64,000 bases of DNA from an uncultured Gammaproteobacteria bacterium (GCA_964588955.1 CAZPQJ010000004.1:5677-69676); one strand, 5' to 3'; shown: positions 20,110 to 32,763, numbered from the stretch's first letter. Notes: a model not told the origin generated them from the sequence alone. A program made the numbers and translations.

Positions 20110-20977
20110 GACGATCGTTGAGTCCCTCACCTGGGCCAACAACAAACTGAAGAATCAGTCGGACGTTGGTGCACCGATGCTCGACGCCCAGCTTCTGCTT
20201 GCCTGCGTGCTCAACGTTTCTAAAAACTATCTCTTCACCCATTTTTCTCAAGAACTGACCGAACAGCAATTTGATCGCTTCGAAGCACTCACCGAACGTC
20301 GCCGCCATCACGAGCCCATCGCTTACATCATCGGCTGGAAAGAATTTTATGGCCGGCCGTTTAAGGTCAGTAATTTTGTGTTGATTCCCCGACCAGACAC
20401 CGAGGTGTTGATCGACGAAACCAAACGTCTGTGCGAAGGGGCAAAAGATTTGTTGCTCGTCGACATCGGCACCGGCAGCGGAGCGATTGCCGTCACCTTG
20501 GCCGCGGAAACGGGGCTGCCGGTGTTGGCGGTAGATGTGAGTCAAGAAGCGCTGGTCATTGCTCAACAAAATGCCAACGTCCATGGCGTGGCAGACCACA
20601 TGACCTTTTTGCACGGGAGCGTAATTGAGCCCATCAAACCAGAAATGACCGCCTCGCTCAACGAAGTGATTATCGTCGCCAATCTTCCCTATCTTACCAG
20701 CCGCCAATTCGCCTCTTCCGAACCCGACCTGCGCGACTACGAACCGCGCCTCGCTTTTGATGGCGGTGTGGATGGCCTCGACGTCTACAACCAACTCTTT
20801 CGTAAACTCCAAGCACGCCGCGGAGATTTTCCCCGCAAGCTCACGGTGCTAATCGAAATTGATCCCAGTCAAAACGAAAGCGCCCCGCGTTTAATCAAAC
20901 AATATTTTCCTCACGCTGACATACGTGTGATGGATGATTTGAGCCATCAACCGCGCATTGTTATTTCTACACTTTAG
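20108..20977 (+). CDS. prmC: Release factor glutamine methyltransferase
   Basis: EPIAYIIG, VLIPRPDTE, DIGTGSGAIA, NLPY; downstream of prfA. Confidence 0.94.
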   Translation: MTIVESLTWANNKLKNQSDVGAPMLDAQLLLACVLNVSKNYLFTHFSQELTEQQFDRFEALTERRRHHEPIAYIIGWKEFYGRPFKVSNFVLIPRPDTEVLIDETKRLCEGAKDLLLVDIGTGSGAIAVTLAAETGLPVLAVDVSQEALVIAQQNANVHGVADHMTFLHGSVIEPIKPEMTASLNEVIIVANLPYLTSRQFASSEPDLRDYEPRLAFDGGVDGLDVYNQLFRKLQARRGDFPRKLTVLIEIDPSQNESAPRLIKQYFPHADIRVMDDLSHQPRIVISTL

Positions 20978-20995
20978 CCTTCAGCGACCAGAGGG

Positions 20996-21024
20996 TTGAC
21001 ATCTCCTTCCCTTTCAGGCACACT
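20996..21024 (+). promoter_or_regulatory. Sigma70-like promoter of orphan cassette
   Basis: TTGACA-N17-CACACT; AAGGAG SD at 21042-21047. Confidence 0.7.
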
Positions 21025-21053
21025 CGCGCCGTCCCCAACCCAAGGAGTTTTCC

Positions 21054-21647
21054 ATGCGCGTGCACGGTCCCTGCCGCATCCTCCCGACCACTGTTCCCCA
21101 CAAGGTGGGTCATATGCGCCAAGCCCGAGACGGCAGCATCTGGGCCGCCCTGGAACATCCGCTGGGGCGCTGGTGTGCGAGGGTCGACGGCCACTACTTC
21201 GTCGCAACCGACATCGACGACACTGCTGCCATGATGTCGGCGGCGATCCGTATCACCAACAACAACGGAGCGGGGATTGAGCTGACACTCCCCGAAAAGA
21301 GTGGTCCGATTCGCGTCCTTGTTCTCACCGACGACGAGGGCGGACGCCCCAACATGCGTACCATTGACGACGTGGAAGTTCCGCTCACGACGTACATGAC
21401 CTGCGATCTCCTGCGCGACGGAGGCATCCGCTGTGCGACTCTCTCGTCAGATGCCGACGGTATCCTCAACGTCGTGCCCGACGAAGGGTACGCGGTGGAA
21501 TTCACTGCCCGCGGCAACCTGGTGTGTCCGCACTGCCACGTACGCATCCAGCTCGGCCAAATGCGGAAGCACAATGGCCCCTGCCCGCGTTGCGAGCACC
21601 CACTTCCGGAGCTCGCCATCCCCTTCGTGATTCCACCGTTCCCCTGA
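21054..21647 (+). CDS. Orphan protein with C-terminal zinc ribbon (cassette class)
   Basis: CPHC...CPRC; SD; terminator hairpin 21686-21713. Confidence 0.75.
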   Translation: MRVHGPCRILPTTVPHKVGHMRQARDGSIWAALEHPLGRWCARVDGHYFVATDIDDTAAMMSAAIRITNNNGAGIELTLPEKSGPIRVLVLTDDEGGRPNMRTIDDVEVPLTTYMTCDLLRDGGIRCATLSSDADGILNVVPDEGYAVEFTARGNLVCPHCHVRIQLGQMRKHNGPCPRCEHPLPELAIPFVIPPFP

Positions 21648-21804
21648 ACTGACGTTCCTTCTTATCTTCTCGCCCCACCGCGCCAGCCGGCTCTCGTACC
21701 CAACGAGGCCGGCGTTCTTGTTTGATTGACGAAACGTTAAACCACGTGAGAGGATGCAAAAACTCAGGAAACGTCTGAGCAACAACACACGGAGTACAAA
21801 CACC

Positions 21805-22551
21805 ATGACGACCGAAACCCTGAGCTGGATGCAGACCCGTTGGGAAGGCCGGATGACCGCCGGCCAATGGGTCGACCTGTGGCAGATGGCCAACGCAACC
21901 GGCAATCGAACGCTCGCTGCCATGCTCCTGGAATCAGCCTTCCGCGAATCCACCACCTGCCACCCGGAGGTGAACGCCATCGTCTTCGAAGTCGCCGATG
22001 GCGAATCGGTCTACCGCCACAAGCAAGGATGTCGGGCGTGCAACGCCTACTTCATGCGCGCTGCCAGTGCCGAGCCGTGTGCGATCACCAGGCTCGCTGA
22101 AACAGCACGCGCCGCCATCGTCTACGGCCTGCTCAACCGCGGAGGAACTTCGGCCATTCGCTGGCTACAGGAAACAGACGATGCCATCGGCGTGAAAATC
22201 ATGGGCTACCTCTTCACCCAAGCCAGCTGGCTGGAGAGGGACAAGCACGAACAAGAGGCTGTCCGAGCCTTTCTCTGCGATCTGAAGCCCTCATGGCTAC
22301 ACGCACGCGACGACCTCGAACGGCGTCGGGTTTTCCTGCGCACGCTCTGCCAGTGGGGGTTGAGCCACAAAATTGATCCGGTCACCACGAGTCCGGATGC
22401 CGCAAACGTCAAACTTCTCGAGGAAATTGCCCGGGAGAACGGAGAAACAGATCTCACCACGATCTACGGCAACAACCTCGCACCGGCCTACTGTCGTTCC
22501 GCGGCCGGACGTGCGCTTGCCCTCGGCATCCTGCTGACGCCTCCCCGCTAG
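21805..22551 (+). CDS. Orphan hypothetical protein (cassette class)
   Basis: GGAG SD at 21791; TTGACG at 21726 with weak -10; hairpin ACCGGCC...GGCCGGT 22564-22592. Confidence 0.75.
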   Translation: MTTETLSWMQTRWEGRMTAGQWVDLWQMANATGNRTLAAMLLESAFRESTTCHPEVNAIVFEVADGESVYRHKQGCRACNAYFMRAASAEPCAITRLAETARAAIVYGLLNRGGTSAIRWLQETDDAIGVKIMGYLFTQASWLERDKHEQEAVRAFLCDLKPSWLHARDDLERRRVFLRTLCQWGLSHKIDPVTTSPDAANVKLLEEIARENGETDLTTIYGNNLAPAYCRSAAGRALALGILLTPPR

Positions 22552-22600
22552 TCTTACAAAAACACCGGCCGCTCCGTACGGGAGAGGCCGGTGGATCTTT

Positions 22601-23659
22601 TTACAAACTCTCCACAACCTCTACCCATCTTTGTCCTGCATTTAATGCAATCTCCACTCCTTGTTCATCATAATATCTAAGGACGTCGGTGGCGGTGGGT
22701 TTTTTCCAGGTCATTTTTTTTACAATCCCGTCTTGCAGCAACAAACCATCCCCCTCACCGATCGTGTCGATCGACAAGCGTCCGATCGCGTCGAGCACGG
22801 TCATATTTGTGGCGATCACCGCAATCACGTGCGCTTGGATCGGCGTGCCATCGGCCATGAGCTGTGCATCGGTATTTTCGTAGCGGCTGTAGGTGTTAGT
22901 CTCGCGATCATATTTCCACACGGCACGATACAGCGATGCGCCCATCTCTACGGTGAAATCTTCCACCTCGGTTGGACGCTCTTCCAAGGCCGCGTCATCT
23001 TTAAACGTCATCAGTCCGTAGTCAGGCACCGAAACCTCCGCATAGCGCAGATGCAACCCCCGCGCCAGCAAGTCCGTCGACGTATACACATTGTGTGGTG
23101 CCGCACGATCCGGAGCACGCCAAAACTGATACTGATTAAAAAACTCGTTGAGGTCGTAAACATCATCCGTCGTTTTTAACGTTTCCAGCGCCTCCGGTGA
23201 TCCACCAACATGAGCATACAGCGCTCCATAAGCCGAAGCCCAATCGATGTAATACGGACGTGCTGAACGCACCGGACCGATCTTGTCGACGGTCGCGTCA
23301 GCGGCATACAAGGCAAGCAAGCGCGGAATACCCCCTTCGGCCGGCGCCTCCATAACCTCGAAGGCCTGGTCAACCCCAGACTGTGGCCAGGCATCGGCAG
23401 AATTTTCTACCATCACCGCATACACCATTGGACGCGCCACTTCCGCGCCCGTCTTCTCCCCCGTCAGCGGATGAAGAAACATCTTCTCGCCTTCTTCGAC
23501 AATCGCATCCGCACCTCCCCTTGAACCAATAAACCCTTGTCGATACAAATTCCAAACTGAAACGCCAAGCAAAATGAGCGCCATACTCATGGCGCCCACC
23601 AAAATCTTCCTCCTGTTTTTCTGCGCAAGCGTTGAAAGCTTGGCAAGATCGATGTGCAT
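22601..23659 (-). CDS. DUF3048 domain membrane-anchored protein
   Basis: PLTG, AVMVENS, PQSG, EGGIPR, GPVRSARPY, APHNVY. Confidence 0.9.
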   Translation of the reverse strand: MHIDLAKLSTLAQKNRRKILVGAMSMALILLGVSVWNLYRQGFIGSRGGADAIVEEGEKMFLHPLTGEKTGAEVARPMVYAVMVENSADAWPQSGVDQAFEVMEAPAEGGIPRLLALYAADATVDKIGPVRSARPYYIDWASAYGALYAHVGGSPEALETLKTTDDVYDLNEFFNQYQFWRAPDRAAPHNVYTSTDLLARGLHLRYAEVSVPDYGLMTFKDDAALEERPTEVEDFTVEMGASLYRAVWKYDRETNTYSRYENTDAQLMADGTPIQAHVIAVIATNMTVLDAIGRLSIDTIGEGDGLLLQDGIVKKMTWKKPTATDVLRYYDEQGVEIALNAGQRWVEVVESL

Positions 23660-23661
23660 GG

Positions 23662-24333
23662 TTATTCGGCTTTGGTTTCTTCTCCTTCTTTGGCTTCCTC
23701 TTCTTTACCCTTCTTCTCCACTTCCACCTGGCTGACATCCGCTTCAACTTTTTCATCCAAGGCGGCCATTTCCGCTTCCGAACGCGGCGCTTCTACCGTA
23801 GCCACGGTGAAGTCCGCGTCGGTCAATACTTCCATTCCTTCAGGCACGACAATGTCTTTCACTTTCACCGCGTCATCGAACGTTTTCAACAGAGAAACGT
23901 CCACGTCCAGCTCGTGCACCAACTTGCTTGGCAAACAGCGCACTTCAATTTCTTCAATCGACTTCACCAGCGTTCCCCCAAGAGCATGAACAGCTACGGA
24001 ATCGCCAATGAAGTTCAGACCGATCTTGGCTTCGATCGGTTTCGACATGTTGACTTGGCGGAAGTCAATGTGGATGACGTCATGGCTCAACGGATCGCGT
24101 TGCACGTCTTGAATCAAGACTTTGATCGCCTTGCCATCAAGCATCAAATCAATAATCGTGGATTCCCCCGCTTGCTTGAGGGCGCGACCGAAAGCTCCGG
24201 ATTCAATCGCGATCGATTGTGGCTCAATTTCCGAACCGTAAACAACGGCCGGCACATTGCCTTCCAAACGCGCGGCGTAGTTCTTACGACCGACTTCTTC
24301 TCGTTTCACGGCGTTGAGGGTAAGCGTTTCCAT
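23662..24333 (-). CDS. rplY: 50S ribosomal protein L25/Ctc
   Basis: VPAVVYG, DVQRDP, HIDF, acidic tail. Confidence 0.95.
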   Translation of the reverse strand: METLTLNAVKREEVGRKNYAARLEGNVPAVVYGSEIEPQSIAIESGAFGRALKQAGESTIIDLMLDGKAIKVLIQDVQRDPLSHDVIHIDFRQVNMSKPIEAKIGLNFIGDSVAVHALGGTLVKSIEEIEVRCLPSKLVHELDVDVSLLKTFDDAVKVKDIVVPEGMEVLTDADFTVATVEAPRSEAEMAALDEKVEADVSQVEVEKKGKEEEAKEGEETKAE

Positions 24334-24407
24334 ACGTAGCAGATCAAATTCAGTTCAAAGTAGCCGTATTAAACAAAAAAACGCGGGATTCGTCAAGGCG
24401 GCACCCC

Positions 24408-24743
24408 TTAGCCACCAAGTTTCCTAAGGATTTCACCATTTTCCAAACCTTGATGCACAGTCATGACATCATCGATCGAGACGCTCCCACCCGACTGAAA
24501 CTTGACCACGTCGTCGAATGACAGATCTGTCACCAAGCCGACAGAACTGACCCCCGCCTTAGTTACGAGTACCAACGCCAGCATGGCATTGGCGCAGCGA
24601 CGGCAACGCACGTGCAACAAATGCGTATCTCCATCTTCGCCGAGCACTTGTGCCTCCATGGGATTGAACTCTTCTTCACACAACGGACAATACGAAACAA
24701 TCCGCAAACCGTCGTGCCAGAAGTTGGAGGGCAAAGTAGACAT
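24408..24743 (-). CDS. Hypothetical zinc-binding protein
   Basis: CPLC...CRRC, GLVTDLS. Confidence 0.75.
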   Translation of the reverse strand: MSTLPSNFWHDGLRIVSYCPLCEEEFNPMEAQVLGEDGDTHLLHVRCRRCANAMLALVLVTKAGVSSVGLVTDLSFDDVVKFQSGGSVSIDDVMTVHQGLENGEILRKLGG

Positions 24744-24820
24744 ACGTTGAATTTAGTATAGCAGGAGTTTATAATCCTACAATGTCATACACAAATTAAG
24801 AGGTGTTATACTACACACAT

Positions 24821-27007
24821 ATGCGTGAAGGTGGTGAAAGACCAACATTTGATCTTGGGGCGAAAATAACAAAAGGCGCTGAATGGGTGATGGACCGACC
24901 GACGCCGCGAGCACTGACGGCGATCGTGGCCAGTGTTTTGTTGCATGGAGCTATTCACAATCGTGAACACATTGCGACAGCCGCCGAAAATCTTACCTAT
25001 CAAACCGTACAAGACACACGCTCGATGCTCCGAGAGATGAAAAAAGAGATGGCAGAGGATCCCGTCAAACGAGCCGAGAAGGACAAAAAAACGATCGACG
25101 CTCTCAAAAACAAACTCGCTGAACGAAGCGTGCCAGACTTTGATTTGACGCAAATGTACTTCGGTAGCGAATCACTCATAGAAGGCGTAAGCGAAGAAGA
25201 ACAAAAAGAGGCCACGGAAATCTATCAGGGCATTATCGATAAGGCTAACGAACTCAAAAACTCTGGAGCTTCTAGCGACGAAGTCTTGGGTTACATTTTG
25301 AAACAACAAGGTGTCTATGATGAAGACCAACCGCTTCTATCGGATCTGATGCGGGATCATCGCGGCAATTGCGAGGCACGCCTTAAATACATTACCTCCG
25401 CTGTTGAGGATCTTTATCCCGACACGGTCAATAATGGCGAACTCGGCGTTCAGCTTTTCGCACCCAACGTAGATGCGCATGGAGACATTCGTGAACCGCA
25501 TGTTCGAGCAATCCTGACCCAAAATGGGAATCGTTTTGTTTTAGAAGGTGATGCGATGTTTCCAGAAGAACCCGAAATGCACAATGCTCCCGTCTATGAG
25601 GTACGATGGTTAACGGCGATGGCTTTTTTAACGTCACGACAAGCAATGGACTATACCCAGGTGGGTCTGCGTCCCCAAACATTTATAGAGAAAAACAGCG
25701 ATAAACGACCAACCTTGTTCACCTACCTCCCCAGCTCGCCTATTTCCTATCCGGGAAATGCCGCGGGGCGTGATGAAATTAATCCCCAACCAGTCAACGG
25801 TTCCTGGGCAGGTTCACGAAGTCACACAAAAGAATATGAGGCATCGCTCATCATCGACCCGATCTCTGACACAGAAGTCGAAGAACACACAAAAGCAAGA
25901 AAGGCTCTTTTGGAAGACGAAGGCAAACAAAAGGATGAACAATTGTTCAATCTTCTTGCAAAAGGTGGTGATTTGTTTTCGTTAGAATGGTCAGGAAATG
26001 GCCTGGATCTTCAAAACATACCCGACAAGGTTCCTTTGTCTGCTGTGCAAGCCGCAAACCTAGATAAAAAAAATGGCATCTCAGCAATAGTGCTGCGTCC
26101 TGATCAGCAACCTTCTGTGGGACTTCAAGAACAGGGCATTGGCGAAATTATCTTTAACGGTGCTCCATCACCGGAATCATTGACGACGACTGACAAAAGA
26201 CAAATCGTTACGATTAAGGACCCAATGGAAGTGGGGAAGTCTTTTTCTTCAAAAAAGGATCTACAACAAGTGAACATTATTCTTCAAGACAAATCCCCGA
26301 CAGAAATCGGTCCAATTCCCTCCTTGCCAGAAACGGACTTGACTATTAGTCAAAAGGCTAAAAAAGGAGAGGTCTCATTTGTCGGAGGTGTTCCTCGTTA
26401 TGCCCATTATTTCCCAGCCCAATTTTTAGAAAAACAATCGTTCCGATCTTTACACTTGGACGGTATCATTCCCAACGGTTCACTCCACCTTGGTACAATC
26501 AAAGAGTACCTAAAAGTACAGACGTTGGCGCGCGAAGCCAAACTCTCTCCGATATCCGCAGACACCAATTTCTTTATCCTTGTCGCTCCGTATCATGCTC
26601 TCATTCCCAACCTTCTATCTGAACTCACGTTTAGTGGTGAAGACGCCCGTTTGGTTTTACAAGTAAAATCTATTGAACCAGAAGCGCTATCTGGGATCCA
26701 TGTAAAAACATTGCTGATTGGCGCCTACTTTTTGAATAACAGTCTCATGAGCGATTCCAAAGACACTAACGAGGTTGAAGCAGAAATGGCAACAACCCAC
26801 ATTAAAGACCACGCCTTCTCTGGGGCACAAATAGAAGAATTGGATATAGATAGCACCATGAAGGTGACCTTCGATCCCCTTGCGTTTGAAGGATCAACTA
26901 TTAAAAAAGTGGTGATCACTCTTGGTAGTAAAGAGAAGAAAAGAAAAAAAGAACTCGAAGCGTTGACGTTCCCAAAAGGAATTGAGGTGATTTATACTGA
27001 ATATTAA
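24821..27007 (+). CDS. Large hypothetical protein; possible transglutaminase/papain-like domain plus LRR-like C-terminus
   Basis: N-terminal hydrophobic stretch, RGNCEAR, EPHVRA, IKDHAFSG/FDPLAFEG repeats. Confidence 0.7.
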   Translation: MREGGERPTFDLGAKITKGAEWVMDRPTPRALTAIVASVLLHGAIHNREHIATAAENLTYQTVQDTRSMLREMKKEMAEDPVKRAEKDKKTIDALKNKLAERSVPDFDLTQMYFGSESLIEGVSEEEQKEATEIYQGIIDKANELKNSGASSDEVLGYILKQQGVYDEDQPLLSDLMRDHRGNCEARLKYITSAVEDLYPDTVNNGELGVQLFAPNVDAHGDIREPHVRAILTQNGNRFVLEGDAMFPEEPEMHNAPVYEVRWLTAMAFLTSRQAMDYTQVGLRPQTFIEKNSDKRPTLFTYLPSSPISYPGNAAGRDEINPQPVNGSWAGSRSHTKEYEASLIIDPISDTEVEEHTKARKALLEDEGKQKDEQLFNLLAKGGDLFSLEWSGNGLDLQNIPDKVPLSAVQAANLDKKNGISAIVLRPDQQPSVGLQEQGIGEIIFNGAPSPESLTTTDKRQIVTIKDPMEVGKSFSSKKDLQQVNIILQDKSPTEIGPIPSLPETDLTISQKAKKGEVSFVGGVPRYAHYFPAQFLEKQSFRSLHLDGIIPNGSLHLGTIKEYLKVQTLAREAKLSPISADTNFFILVAPYHALIPNLLSELTFSGEDARLVLQVKSIEPEALSGIHVKTLLIGAYFLNNSLMSDSKDTNEVEAEMATTHIKDHAFSGAQIEELDIDSTMKVTFDPLAFEGSTIKKVVITLGSKEKKRKKELEALTFPKGIEVIYTEY

Positions 27008-28104
27008 CTACTAGAGGTTCTCACAGCAACGCTTTGGGCAAAGCCGACGAGCACCAAGGCCATCAGGAGTGACGAGCCGCCGTAACTGACCAGCGGCAAA
27101 CCAATACCGGTTACCGGTAACAAGCCGAGGTTCATACCAATGTTGACCGTCACTTGAATAGCGAACACAGCGGTGATGCCGAGCAGCAAATAGGTGGTGA
27201 AATCATCATGCGCGCGGCGGGTCAACATGAGCAGACGGAAAAAGAATAAGGCAAACGCGAGCAACAACAAGAGCACGCCCACAAATCCCAACTCCTCGGC
27301 GATGACGGCAAAAATAAAGTCGGTTTGGCTTTCTGGCAAAAACTTCAATTGACTTTGCGAACCAAATCCTAATCCTCTACCGAACATTCCCCCGGAGCCA
27401 ACGGCGATAATCGCTTGGGTCACGTTGTACCCGCGACCGAGCGGATCACGCGATGGATCCAAGAAGGTCATCACCCGCTCGCGCTGATAGGTGTCGAATG
27501 CCACAAACCAGGCCAACGAAACAGCAACAAGTCCCAAGGCAATCAACACCAACGCCTGTTTCCATTTCATCCCGGCAAAAAATAACAGGCACACCCAGAC
27601 ACCAACAATGACGAGGGCTGATCCCAAGTCCGGTTGTAATTCGACCAACCCGGCGGGCAACAAAGCAATCACTCCGCTGCCGAAAATCTCGCGCCAGCCA
27701 AACTGCCGCCGTGCCCGTTCGCTGAAATACTTAGCCAGCACAAGCACCACCACCACTTTCACAAATTCCACCGGCTGAAAGGAAAATCCAAATAAGGTAA
27801 ACCAACCCGTGGTGCCACGAATCGTCGAACCGAACACCACCACCGCGATCAAGAGGCCTATAGAAAAAAGATAGAGCGGCACGGTCCAGTTGCGAAACAG
27901 ACGATAGTTGGAAAAGGCGAGGGCTAAGGCTAAGGCCAAACCAACGACTAAGGCGATCCCTTGTTTGGTGATAAAGCCCAGATCGCCTGCTTGCGTCGAC
28001 AAGGCCACGGAATAAATCGCTGAAAACCCGAAAGCCATCAGCACCAAGGCGGCGGCGGCAAGGAGCCAATCAAACTTAGCAAATAATCCAAACAAGCGGG
28101 GCAT
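27004..28104 (-). CDS. rodA: SEDS peptidoglycan glycosyltransferase RodA
   Basis: FQPVEFVK, QPDLG, LPESQTDFIF, PVTGIGLPLVSYGGSS. Confidence 0.93.
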   Translation of the reverse strand: MPRLFGLFAKFDWLLAAAALVLMAFGFSAIYSVALSTQAGDLGFITKQGIALVVGLALALALAFSNYRLFRNWTVPLYLFSIGLLIAVVVFGSTIRGTTGWFTLFGFSFQPVEFVKVVVVLVLAKYFSERARRQFGWREIFGSGVIALLPAGLVELQPDLGSALVIVGVWVCLLFFAGMKWKQALVLIALGLVAVSLAWFVAFDTYQRERVMTFLDPSRDPLGRGYNVTQAIIAVGSGGMFGRGLGFGSQSQLKFLPESQTDFIFAVIAEELGFVGVLLLLLAFALFFFRLLMLTRRAHDDFTTYLLLGITAVFAIQVTVNIGMNLGLLPVTGIGLPLVSYGGSSLLMALVLVGFAQSVAVRTSSS

Positions 28105-28110
28105 ACAACG

Positions 28111-29037
28111 CTAGCGCTTGCTTTTGACACGCTCGCGCACGTCGGGCACCAATTCACCATGCAAAGGCATGTAGATAGTAGGATCAAAAATATCCATGTT
28201 CGGAACAATCAACGTGGCATTCGCTTGTGGCACAGTGCCAAACCAATTAACCGTGATCTCCCGTGACTCCCCGCCAGCGAGCGATGGCGTGCTAACCGTA
28301 GTGACGCCCACAGGATGGTCGTTGCGGTACAAAACAACGGTAAACAACGGATCCCAAAAGCCGTAGGCGGAAGCGTTTTGCACCGTGAATTGCGTGCGTC
28401 CGATCGTGCTCGTGCCAAGCGTGACGGAGCGATCGAAGCTCACATCGGAGGTGACGAAATTGAGCCGTTCCCCTTGCCAAGCGGCATAGTCGCCAATGGC
28501 ATGATGATTGACGCGCGTCCAAACAATATTGCTGATTTGCAGCGTGGCTGAACGCGGAACCGTGCCGACCGTTACGCCGAGTGCCACGATGGGCTTGCGC
28601 AGCTCTGAAGGCAGAATAAATCCTTTCTGCACGTCGGTCGTCCCCTCCCCGTAGGTAAAAGCGTAATCAAAACTTGCCTCCCAATCCACGTTTGGGTTGG
28701 TGAGTTCGGCATAAAAATCTGCCCGAGTAGCATCGATACCAAATACGTCCGTCCCCGCCACGGTCAAACTGGCCGCAGCCCGCGGCCGAGAAACGGTATG
28801 AAAATGACCAACACCCTCGACAATGCCCCCGACCATTGCCCGCTCGGTAAAATAATCGTTGATGCCGAAATCAAAAAAGGCGTAGGCAGAAGAACCAAGC
28901 AACAAAAGATCAACACACAAAAAAATCCCCAAGGCGATGCCGCGAATGGTGCGACGATGATTAATCCAAAAGACGCTCCGTTTATAAAACGTGGCGAATT
29001 GTTTTTCCTCCGGCGCTAAGAGATTCTGCTCTTCCAT
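28111..29037 (-). CDS. Membrane-anchored hypothetical protein (beta-rich extracellular domains)
   Basis: One TM segment then NPN-containing beta domain. Confidence 0.75.
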   Translation of the reverse strand: MEEQNLLAPEEKQFATFYKRSVFWINHRRTIRGIALGIFLCVDLLLLGSSAYAFFDFGINDYFTERAMVGGIVEGVGHFHTVSRPRAAASLTVAGTDVFGIDATRADFYAELTNPNVDWEASFDYAFTYGEGTTDVQKGFILPSELRKPIVALGVTVGTVPRSATLQISNIVWTRVNHHAIGDYAAWQGERLNFVTSDVSFDRSVTLGTSTIGRTQFTVQNASAYGFWDPLFTVVLYRNDHPVGVTTVSTPSLAGGESREITVNWFGTVPQANATLIVPNMDIFDPTIYMPLHGELVPDVRERVKSKR

Positions 29038-29050
29038 GGCATCAGTATAA

Positions 29051-31159
<2,109 letters not shown>

Positions 31160-31170
31160 ACGAAGATTAG

Positions 31171-31206
31171 CCAAAAGAAACGCCGTCCGACCAGGGCGGC
31201 TTTTGG
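31171..31206 (+). terminator. gyrB terminator
   Basis: GCCGTCC...GGGCGGC followed by TTTT. Confidence 0.7.
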
Positions 31207-31327
31207 TTATCCCCACCTCTTGCCAAAACGGACCGCCTGCTGTATAGTTGGCACAGAAATCGACCCCCCAAGGGGGTTTTTAAAGATCCCTCCTACACCT
31301 AAACTTCGGAGGGCGAGCCGACTTCCT

Positions 31328-31531
31328 ATGAAAAAATTAATCAAAAAATGCTTTTCCTACGTTAAGGAGGTTCTCGAAGAGACCCGCAAAGTGACTTGGC
31401 CGAACCAGAAAACGACCACCCGCTACTCGATTATGGTGATCGCCGTGGCTGGATTCGTTGCCTTGTTCTTTGGCGTACTCGACGCCGTGTTCAACCTCGG
31501 CCTCGAAGGTCTGTTGAAGATCTCCAGCTAA
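31328..31531 (+). CDS. secE: Preprotein translocase SecE
   Basis: EETRKVTWP plus single TM; upstream of nusG; promoter TTGCCA-N17-TATAGT at 31220. Confidence 0.92.
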   Translation: MKKLIKKCFSYVKEVLEETRKVTWPNQKTTTRYSIMVIAVAGFVALFFGVLDAVFNLGLEGLLKISS

Positions 31532-31538
31532 CCCTTTT

Positions 31539-32090
31539 ATGGCAAAACAAGCAGAGTCAGCAAAACTTGGACGCCGCTGGTACGCCATCCACACGTACTC
31601 CGGCTACGAAGAGAACGTTTCCGGAAACTTGATGCAGCGTGTTGATTCCATGGACATGCACGACAAGATTTTCAACATCTTGGTGCCCAAGGAAAAAAAG
31701 ATCAAGATCAAAAACGGCAAGCGCCGAGTGATCGAAGAAAAGATTTTCCCAGGCTACGTGTTGGTAGAAATGGTGGTGACGGATGATTCTTGGTACGTGG
31801 TGCGCAACACACCGAACGTGACTGGCTTCATTGGAACCGGTACGACCCCGACTCCCCTTTCCGATGAAGAAGTCGCCGCCTTACAGAAACGCATGGGCGT
31901 GGACGAACCAGAGTTCAAACTCGACGTAACCGTCGGATCGATTGTGCAGATTACGGATGGTCCGTTCAAAAACTTCGAAGGAAAAGTTTCCGAAATCGAT
32001 CAAGCCCGCGGCAAAGTCAAAGTCATGGTCAACATGTTTGGCCGCGAGACGCCGATCGAGTTGGACTTCCTGCAAGTTAAGAAAGTGTAA
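31539..32090 (+). CDS. nusG: Transcription factor NusG
   Basis: WYAIHTYSGYE, FPGYVLV, KOW GPF, MFGRETP. Confidence 0.97.
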   Translation: MAKQAESAKLGRRWYAIHTYSGYEENVSGNLMQRVDSMDMHDKIFNILVPKEKKIKIKNGKRRVIEEKIFPGYVLVEMVVTDDSWYVVRNTPNVTGFIGTGTTPTPLSDEEVAALQKRMGVDEPEFKLDVTVGSIVQITDGPFKNFEGKVSEIDQARGKVKVMVNMFGRETPIELDFLQVKKV

Positions 32091-32142
32091 ACCTATTTAT
32101 TCACATAGCATGGTTGCTCTTCAAAAGAGAATCCATTAACTA

Positions 32143-32264
32143 CGGGGTTCTGAAAATGGATGAGATGCGAAGTGCTGGAGACGAGGATACTGCTGAGGCG
32201 TAGATCCCTACGACGAAGCAGTTCCGAGTCGAAGCACAAGCAGCTCGCCAGTTTCAGAAGCCCG
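32143..32264. mobile_element. Rod-like palindromic element (MITE-like), copy 2
   Basis: CGGGGTTCTGAAA...TTTCAGAAGCCCG; apex TGAGGCGTAG-ATCC-CTACGACGAA. Confidence 0.6.
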
Positions 32265-32277
32265 ACAACAAAACGCT

Positions 32278-32700
32278 ATGGCAAAGAAGATGACGACCCA
32301 GATTAAGCTCCAGATCCCTGCCGGAGCAGCCACCCCAGCCCCTCCGATCGGTCCAGCCCTTGGTCAGCACGGTTTGAACATTGCCGACTTCGTGAAACGC
32401 TTTAACGATGCTTCCGCCGAACGTCGCGGAGAGATTGTTCCAGTGATCATCAGCGTGTACGAAGACCGCACCTTTGACTTCATCATGAAGGTCGCACCGG
32501 CTTCCGACTTGATTAAGAAAGCCGCCAAGATTGAAAAGGGGTCGGGCAAGCCGTTGACGGAAAAAATTGGAAGCATTACCAAAGATCAGTTGCGCGAAAT
32601 CGCCGTCAAAAAGATGCCTGACTTGAACACGGACGATGAGGAGATGGCGATGCGTATTATCGCCGGTACCGCTCGCCAAATGGGGGTTGAAATAAGGTAA
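32278..32700 (+). CDS. rplK: 50S ribosomal protein L11
   Basis: [24 protein letters not shown]. Confidence 0.97.
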   Translation: MAKKMTTQIKLQIPAGAATPAPPIGPALGQHGLNIADFVKRFNDASAERRGEIVPVIISVYEDRTFDFIMKVAPASDLIKKAAKIEKGSGKPLTEKIGSITKDQLREIAVKKMPDLNTDDEEMAMRIIAGTARQMGVEIR

Positions 32701-32725
32701 TGAGAAATTAGTCATTAGGTAATTA

Positions 32726-32754
32726 GTGGGAGGGGTAAAACCCGATTGAACCAC
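32726..32754 (+). promoter_or_regulatory. Putative L1-binding autoregulatory RNA site
   Basis: GTGGGAG-GGGT-AAA-ACCC-GATTGAA-CCAC directly before rplA. Confidence 0.65.
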
Positions 32755-32763
32755 AACAAATGT

